Part shown: positions 37,950 to 45,631 of the stretch, piece by piece
How positions within the stretch are numbered: position 1 is the stretch's first letter
How the letters are laid out: every line of letters begins with the position of its first letter
Translations under genes and position numbers: made by a program
Assembly (NCBI RefSeq): GCF_001194135.2
Contig: NC_068993.1
Coordinates: forward strand, 23,262,798-23,308,428
Source of the DNA: Octopus bimaculoides
Lineage: Eukaryota
Direction: 5' to 3'
Length of the DNA stretch: 45,631 nucleotides
Notes under the pieces: model-generated
What the model saw: only the letters and a program-made list of their open reading frames with translations
The model's database searches: none
Told to the model about the DNA's origin: nothing

Positions 37950-38122
37950 CTAATAATGACACAAGGCCTGAAATTTTGAGGAGGGGACTAGTCGATCACA
38001 TCGACCCCTGTGTTTCACTGGTACTTAATTTATCGATCCGGAACGAATGAAAGAAAAAATTGAGCCCTGCGGAATTTGAACTCAAAACATAAAGACAAAA
38101 TATTGCAACGCGTTTTACCCGA
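37950..38122 (-). mobile_element. SINE family A, truncated
   Basis: GACACAAGGCCTGAAATTTTGAGG...GTACTTAATTTATCGA...GCGGAATTTGAACTCAAAAC. Confidence 0.85.
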
Positions 38123-38139
38123 ATAATGATAACAATAAT

Positions 38140-38217
38140 TTCTGCAATAAGCAGAAAGCCTGAAATTTTGGGGCAGGAGAATAGTCGATTATATCGCCTC
38201 CAGTTCACAACTGGCAT
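38140..38217 (-). mobile_element. SINE family A, 3' tail fragment
   Basis: GAAAGCCTGAAATTTTGGGGCAGGAGAATAGTCGATTATATCG...CAACTGGCA. Confidence 0.7.
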
Positions 38218-38219
38218 AT

Positions 38220-38745
38220 ATGCCTTCTGCTCTTAACTGATTGGAAGTGTTATCCTGTAAATGCTTTATTATGGTATAAAAGATGGGCAAATATTCTGCT
38301 CAGTACCACAGATTTACTTGCCAGTTGTTTGACCTTAACCAGTTAAGCATGTTCCTTGATGGCTGATGTTATCTGCATCTTTGATCACGAGCAGAAGTAC
38401 TGTGGCAGTGTCATAGCCATGTGATGAGAGAAATTCTTTGAACTTTGAATAATTCCATCTGGAAATATATTTGTTTTGTTCAATATCCTTAAACAACCTT
38501 TATTGAGGGACCTTTTGAGTTGGGTGGGCTACTCGGCCTGAAGAAAATTCTAACATGGCCTGCAAGATCATGTACTGTTTATCTTGATATAAGATCACCA
38601 TGCCGCGCACAAATGGTTGTGATCCATGTGCCTGGTGTACCCTTATCCGACGTATTGTCATGATGGGTATACTGGACTTCGTATATTTTACCCCAGTGTC
38701 ATTTTGATGCGATGCACTGATCTCTCGCTCAATAATGATAATGAT
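38220..38745 (+). mobile_element. Interspersed repeat, probably a retroelement 3' end terminating in a degenerate (AAT)n tail
   Basis: GC-elevated non-coding block ending CTCTCGCTCAATAATGATAATGAT. It resembles a common octopus repeat from memory and is not verified. Confidence 0.4.
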
Positions 38746-38790
38746 GAGAAGAAAAATGGATAGCAGCAACTACACTAGCAGCAGCGGTAT

Positions 38791-38801
38791 AGTAGTAGTA
38801 T

Positions 38802-38839
<38 letters not shown>

Positions 38840-38854
38840 CTAGTAGTAGTAGTA
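38791..38854. repeat. (AGT)n microsatellite
   Basis: Seen directly. Confidence 0.95.
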
Positions 38855-41499
38855 ATTATGAAATCATCTAAAAAGTTGTAAGTTTATATAGAGCCATAAA
38901 ATGAGTGTTTCTTTATAAATTGTATATTCTACATTATTTTTTTAAAAAACACATTATTTCTTCTAGATAAGGCTGTAATTGAAGGACCATGACTTTGCCA
39001 TTCTTCCAGCAGTTCAGTAGTCCATTTATAAATCTTAGAGCTTCACAATGATTACAGAGAGTATTTATGTCACCAACGTTGCAATTTGCAACCATATATT
39101 TATAGTTCTTTTGACATTCTCAGACATTTTCATGTTATATTCTTGAACACGTTCCCTTATCTGGTATAAGTACTCGCTCTATACTCATTGATGCTCCCAT
39201 CCATATTCGAGAGATTTGAATCTTGCTTCTCTTTACGTAATTACTATCGCTGTTTCATTCTTTCTCTTGCTAGCGTGCATCGTCTGTCATCCATATTGTA
39301 TGAATAAATAATAATTTTTAAAGGAACAGACGATAAATAATTGCACTTATGCGCATGGGTTAAGTAATTGGCGATATCAAAAATTTCGTTCAATCAAAAT
39401 GAAAAAAAAAACTACACTTTCCCCAATCCACTCATCACCACCACCTCCATCACCATCACCACCACAACCATCATTATAATTTTCCGTAACGAATCTCAAA
39501 GTTATCTTGCAACCAAGATTATTCCATTTCACTACAGTTCTGTTGTCTGCTTATATCTACTTTTCTTACTGTCAAAGTTCGAATAAAGAAATTTAAAAAG
39601 AATAACATCCACGGCTAGTTTGCTAAGTTATTTCAGTTTCATTGAAAAATCATTCTTTCTATTTATGGTGCGTGTATTATTTTCCCATTTTCTGTCGAAA
39701 CTTATCCGTATAATTTTTGTAAAATAAGATTAAGAAGTGATTTGATTTCCTTGCTATGGCTGTTTGGAACACTATAAACTTTACAGTAATAACTATCAGG
39801 ACCGATTTTATCCATTTTCTTTTTAACTTAAAAGCCATTAGAGGAGCAGCCTTTACGGTAAAAAAAAATTTACATGTAGATATTTTCAGAGAAAAAAATG
39901 AACAATTCAACAGAGGTTTGGCTGTCGTTTCTAGCACAATCCAAACCACCCTCCGTCTTCACTCTCACATGTATTGATGTTTTTCATTATGTTTCTCCCA
40001 TCAACCACATTTTATGGAATGATGATGCCGAAGTAACACACGCGTGGTCCATTGGTGGTATATAAGCAACAGAAAAAATTGTAATTTAAATTTCTACCAC
40101 TCACACGGTTTCGCCGTGTGAGTGGGTAAGAAAAAACATTTTCTAACAGAAAAGTATGCTATAAAAATGTATTATCATTACGTAATTCCTTTTAAAAATC
40201 TGTGTGCATAAATGCCAACAATGACCTTCTCAAGCTCTCCAGTATTTAAAATTTTACACAGTAACAATCGGGGGCAGCGAGTGGGGTTGCAAAAAACTCA
40301 TAATATTCCAAATTGTATATTTTATGACATATAAATGTATTTATGGGAGGAAAAATATTGATTAACATCAATAATTGCGGGAGCGATAAAGAAACGCTAC
40401 ATTACAGAGTCACTAGTATATATTTAAGTATGGGTTTCGTAGATTATTTCATCTTGGTAGGTACGATGAGTTATGGTCAAAAACCTTCTTCACATTCTAG
40501 ATCATTCTCTAATCCATATGACGGTATCACAAAAAATGTCTTTAAGACAGTGGACTGTGGCATCTCTTTTTACATTTTGCCGACTGAATTCATTAATAAT
40601 TTTACATTTTTTTAATAATACTCGTATAGCTAAATAAAATACTGATATTTTATTTTAGATTTGTTTTGAAACTGAACATTCACTTACTATTTAAGGGTAG
40701 TACAGGTATCTAATACACGTTCTAGTGTGAACGGAGGCAGCCATATGGAGAGGTAGATAATGCGTCCATTTTGTTCGTAAGTCTCGATAACTTATTTTAA
40801 GCTTTGAATATTTTACATTATTCTATATTAGGTTTATTTTTATGCAGACGGTATAAGAATGATGGCTAGTGGTGATGGTAATAGTATCAATAAACTAGAC
40901 ATTAAAGTAAACTGTTTTCCATTGTGTTTTGTTGCCTTATACATATCTATGTGTACTGAAGAATGCGAATAACAATTGCTGCCGAGGTCAGCCATCTCGG
41001 AAATGAGGGATTATTCCTGTTACTAACTTTGGAGTGGTTTCAGCCCGGATGTCATAAATCACAATTATTTCATTAAGCACTTCATAGCGTTCAGTGAAAT
41101 ATTTTGACAGGTTCCTTGCTATTTAGATAGTATAGTTATAGTTGTAAGTGTAGCTGTTATATTTGTATTGATATTAAATGCGTAAGCTATAAGCATGGAC
41201 GCAAATTTCCATCTATGTATGTACATGTGTGTAAATATGTATATATATCTGTATGTTTGTGTATGTGTATGTATACCTGTGTGTTTTTTTGTGTGTGTGT
41301 ATGCATGTATGTATATATATATGCGAGGTCGAATCGAAGACATTTTGGATTTTCGTTGATGGCTTCTGAAAACTTGTATTTCCATGTTATATTATTGATT
41401 TGATAAACGTAGTCCAATCGCTGCAGAATTGTTTATACATTATTTTCATGTATTCCATTTAAAGTTTAATAGTTAATTCATTATTATACACCTTTGATA

Positions 41500-42424
41500 A
41501 TGAGTCGTGAAGACATTGAATATAGGGCCATTTTACGCTATTTATGGAAAAAAGACTGAGTTTAAGGGCAACGGCTAAAGTAATTAATGAGGTGAAAGTG
41601 GCAGGAACTTTTCCAGAACTTATGGCACAAAACTAGTTCTGATGTTTCAAGGAAGTTGACACAATCCTCAAAAACAAACAAGGACAGAGAGACTTCTAGT
41701 AGAATATGAATCCTTGTTTGAAATATATGGATAGTAAAACAGTGGCACTCATACATTGTCGTCTAAACTTGAACCTTCACAAAATACCGTCAATGGATAC
41801 CTCCATAAGCTTGCCCTTGAGAAAACACTGTTGAGAGGTTCCTCATGAACTGACAAATGAGCGGCTTCAACGACGCCTGGATCTTTTGCAAAAGACTACT
41901 GGGAAACCCTTGAGATGCCCGTTTTTCGCATCGAATTTATAATACGGGATTAAAATGGACTTGTTTTCGTAATTCTAGTAAGTGACTATTACCGTCAGAC
42001 CTCAGGACCAGTTGTTAAACAAGCACTGTTTGAACAAAAGATCTTGCTATGTGTTTGGTGGAAATTTAGGGATGCACTGCACTTAGAGCTTCTCGCAGAT
42101 AGCCATGCTGAAAACGATAAACTTCATGCCCAACAACTACAGCTTCGCAAATGCACTACCCGGCAGAGCTCAATCGAAGCCGCACACACACTTGAGGAAT
42201 TTGAGGGACTAGAAGTTCTGGCTCACACTGCTTACAGTCCAGTCCAGTCCTTACACCATCAGAGCACTATCTTTTACGATCCATGGCACATTCCCTACAC
42301 GGACGGAAGTTCAACAATGTGGATGAGGTTGGAAACGGTATTATATAGAATTATAATGCTATTTTATCTCTGGCTACAACGGCAAAAGACAATTGAATAT
42401 GACGGCATATATTTTGCTGAATAA
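41500..42424 (+). pseudogene. Decayed mariner transposase
   Basis: MSREDIEYRAILRYLWKK / LSLRATAKVINEV..GT..ELMAQN*F*CFKE, VPHELTNERLQRRLDL, EQKILLCVWWKF, LEVLAHTAYSP, EHYLLRSMAHSLHGRKFNNVDEV and QRQKTIEYDGIYFAE*. It has many frameshifts and the TIRs are not recognisable. Confidence 0.85.
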
Positions 42425-42629
42425 ATGTTTTTCGCATGTAATTTGTTTGAAATATTGGTTAAAGCTGGAAATAAGAAAAAAAATGTTTGGGCTTAATCTG
42501 GTGTATATATATATATATATATATATATCAAACAATAAGCAACACGGATTTCAAAAGTGATTGCAGTACGCACGTTTCATGCTACTTCAATTTATTTAAG
42601 TAATGTGAGCATTACCTTAAATGCAATAT

Positions 42630-43414
42630 NNNNNNNNNNNNNNNNNNNNNNNNNNNNNNNNNNNNNNNNNNNNNNNNNNNNNNNNNNNNNNNNNNNNNNN
42701 NNNNNNNNNNNNNNNNNNNNNNNNNNNNNNNNNNNNNNNNNNNNNNNNNNNNNNNNNNNNNNNNNNNNNNNNNNNNNNNNNNNNNNNNNNNNNNNNNNNN
42801 NNNNNNNNNNNNNNNNNNNNNNNNNNNNNNNNNNNNNNNNNNNNNNNNNNNNNNNNNNNNNNNNNNNNNNNNNNNNNNNNNNNNNNNNNNNNNNNNNNNN
42901 NNNNNNNNNNNNNNNNNNNNNNNNNNNNNNNNNNNNNNNNNNNNNNNNNNNNNNNNNNNNNNNNNNNNNNNNNNNNNNNNNNNNNNNNNNNNNNNNNNNN
43001 NNNNNNNNNNNNNNNNNNNNNNNNNNNNNNNNNNNNNNNNNNNNNNNNNNNNNNNNNNNNNNNNNNNNNNNNNNNNNNNNNNNNNNNNNNNNNNNNNNNN
43101 NNNNNNNNNNNNNNNNNNNNNNNNNNNNNNNNNNNNNNNNNNNNNNNNNNNNNNNNNNNNNNNNNNNNNNNNNNNNNNNNNNNNNNNNNNNNNNNNNNNN
43201 NNNNNNNNNNNNNNNNNNNNNNNNNNNNNNNNNNNNNNNNNNNNNNNNNNNNNNNNNNNNNNNNNNNNNNNNNNNNNNNNNNNNNNNNNNNNNNNNNNNN
43301 NNNNNNNNNNNNNNNNNNNNNNNNNNNNNNNNNNNNNNNNNNNNNNNNNNNNNNNNNNNNNNNNNNNNNNNNNNNNNNNNNNNNNNNNNNNNNNNNNNNN
43401 NNNNNNNNNNNNNN
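42630..43414. other. Assembly gap (N)
   Basis: Run of N. Confidence 0.99.
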
Positions 43415-43467
<53 letters not shown>

Positions 43468-43545
43468 GTGTGTGTGTGTGTGTGTGTCTGTGCTCGTGTG
43501 TGTAATACACACACTCACACACACACACACACATATATATATATG
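43415..43545. repeat. (TA)n-(TG)n-(CA)n compound microsatellite
   Basis: Seen directly. Confidence 0.95.
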
Positions 43546-44821
43546 GGATATGATTGCACATGTGTACATGCATATATATGAATATATTCGTATAAGTATA
43601 TGTATACACATGTTCTATATATTTCGTACATGTGTCTTTAGATGACCTCAGCCCCATCAAGCAAGACCATGTAGCAAGCAAAGGAAGCAAGTAGCAGTAT
43701 TTTTGTATTTGATGATGATGATAATGATGATGATGATGATATGCAGAAATGAATAGCTCTTAAAGTCGGATGTGTCAGCTGCCATAACCATATGCATATA
43801 AGCATATCTCACCTTCCCATCCTACAGCATTGTGTAAATGATATTCGAAATTTCCCGCTTATGCACCCATCACACACGCACAAGCATCGCATAAAATATC
43901 AGCATTGACATGCATATATATGTATGTGTATGGCTGTGATTGCGTCTGTGCACGCTGGTGCATGTGTGTGTGTATGCATGCATATATGTATGTAAGTGTG
44001 CATGCATGCTTATGTATATTTGTAAAATGTAATTTAGACCTCATGTTATACAAACCTGGAGAAAATATTTTGAGTGCAGAATTTTGGAGGTATATAAGTG
44101 TATGCATATCTGTGCGAATGTAAAATCTTATATTCGAGAGTGAGATGGGGGGGATTTAAATCCTTTGCCGATGTACCGATGTAATATTTTGAATATCCAT
44201 TATATTCTATTGCATATAACCTAGTCGGACATATATACATCAAAATTTAACGTCTGCCATTCCATAACATTTTATGTTTATGTGTGCTATGAAAAGTAGA
44301 GCAAGACGTTCTTCTCATCTATCACAAATGCTGGTTGGATAATATGAAAAAATGTTAAGGATCTCTGGTGTTCACCATATACGTTCTGACATTTTCGACT
44401 CATATTGAAACAAACGTGGTTGCAAAGTACAGCATCAACCTGACAGGTCCTTTCAAATCACGAAAATATAGTTGCAAAAGTAATAATGTTTTGAAATATC
44501 TGCCAAGCATAGTGATATGTACTGAACGGAAATCGATATCTTTATTACTCAAAGTAGTACAGAAGAATATGCTCCATATTTTTGCAAAGGTTTGAGAAAG
44601 TCGAATGTTATAATAAAAATATTAGCTAAAATAATCAGCAGTAGAAAAAGAAGAAATGTTTGTAATTGCCCACGAAGTCAATAAAAATGGCACCACAAAC
44701 GCACACTTTCATAAATATATAACTATATATATATATACGTATACATATATGATATACATATATATGTATGTATATATGCATATCTATTTGTATATATATA
44801 TATATATGTACGTATAAATAT

Positions 44822-45117
44822 NNNNNNNNNNNNNNNNNNNNNNNNNNNNNNNNNNNNNNNNNNNNNNNNNNNNNNNNNNNNNNNNNNNNNNNNNNNNNNN
44901 NNNNNNNNNNNNNNNNNNNNNNNNNNNNNNNNNNNNNNNNNNNNNNNNNNNNNNNNNNNNNNNNNNNNNNNNNNNNNNNNNNNNNNNNNNNNNNNNNNNN
45001 NNNNNNNNNNNNNNNNNNNNNNNNNNNNNNNNNNNNNNNNNNNNNNNNNNNNNNNNNNNNNNNNNNNNNNNNNNNNNNNNNNNNNNNNNNNNNNNNNNNN
45101 NNNNNNNNNNNNNNNNN
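44822..45117. other. Assembly gap (N)
   Basis: Run of N. Confidence 0.99.
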
Positions 45118-45149
<32 letters not shown>

Positions 45150-45338
45150 GAGTACAAAACAAGTTGGAAAAATAGTATTTGAATACCAAATGTACAGCAA
45201 TAAATTGGTTGCTGAAGATATAAAATTATCGCAAATTTTACTCAGAGTTTCACGTTTACTTATTCAGTATTCATCACAACTGTCCGACGAACGGGAATAT
45301 GAAACTCTAAGCAACAATTCTATGATAATGTTACTGCC

Positions 45339-45631
45339 ACATACACACACACGCACACACATATACATATATATATATATGTATGTATATATATATACAT
45401 ACATACATATATATATATACATACATATATATATATATATACATACATATATATATATATATATACATACATATATATATATATACATACATATATATAT
45501 ATACATACATATATATATATATACATACATATATATATATATATACATACATATATATATATACATACATATATATATATACATACATATATATATATAC
45601 ATACATATATATATATACATACATATATATA
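45339..45631. repeat. Higher-order TACA-punctuated (TA)n satellite
   Basis: Repeating CATACATATATATATA units of about 18-24 bp run to the window end. Confidence 0.95.

Noticed and set aside
41322-42505. TIRs for the second mariner
   Set aside because: The candidate ends share little more than ACATTTT, so boundaries cannot be supported.
1-45631. Numerous VCVC, YIYI, HTHT and X-rich ORFs in the supplied track
   Set aside because: They are translations of dinucleotide microsatellites or N gaps.
1-45631. Conserved bilaterian miRNAs, true tRNA or rRNA genes, CRISPR arrays
   Set aside because: I saw no mature-miRNA match by eye. All tRNA-like heads belong to SINEs and lack full cloverleaves. No regularly spaced repeat-spacer array exists.

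Overview
This is an AT-rich eukaryotic window with five N-gaps and many microsatellites, and I can support no host protein-coding exon in it. Its SINE families and repeat landscape look like a coleoid cephalopod, probably Octopus (inferred from recalled repeat families, not a database search), so it is most likely intronic or intergenic DNA. It contains about a dozen tRNA-derived SINE copies or fragments from four families, a TIR-bounded but dead mariner (25121-26363), a second decayed mariner (41500-42424), an internally deleted maT/DD37D element (7698-8542), two mariner-derived MITEs, a 196-bp foldback element and degenerate LINE-like fragments. Most ORFs in the supplied track are microsatellite or N-gap artefacts. 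Two items are most intriguing. The first is a ~300-nt GC-rich segment (19364-19660) that folds almost entirely into hairpins, including a 147-nt rod with G-U pairs, and that replaces a (TA)n tract next to an identical 290-bp duplicate. The second is a tRNA-headed SINE (17821-17971) carrying half of a hammerhead ribozyme core and an inverted copy of its own head.
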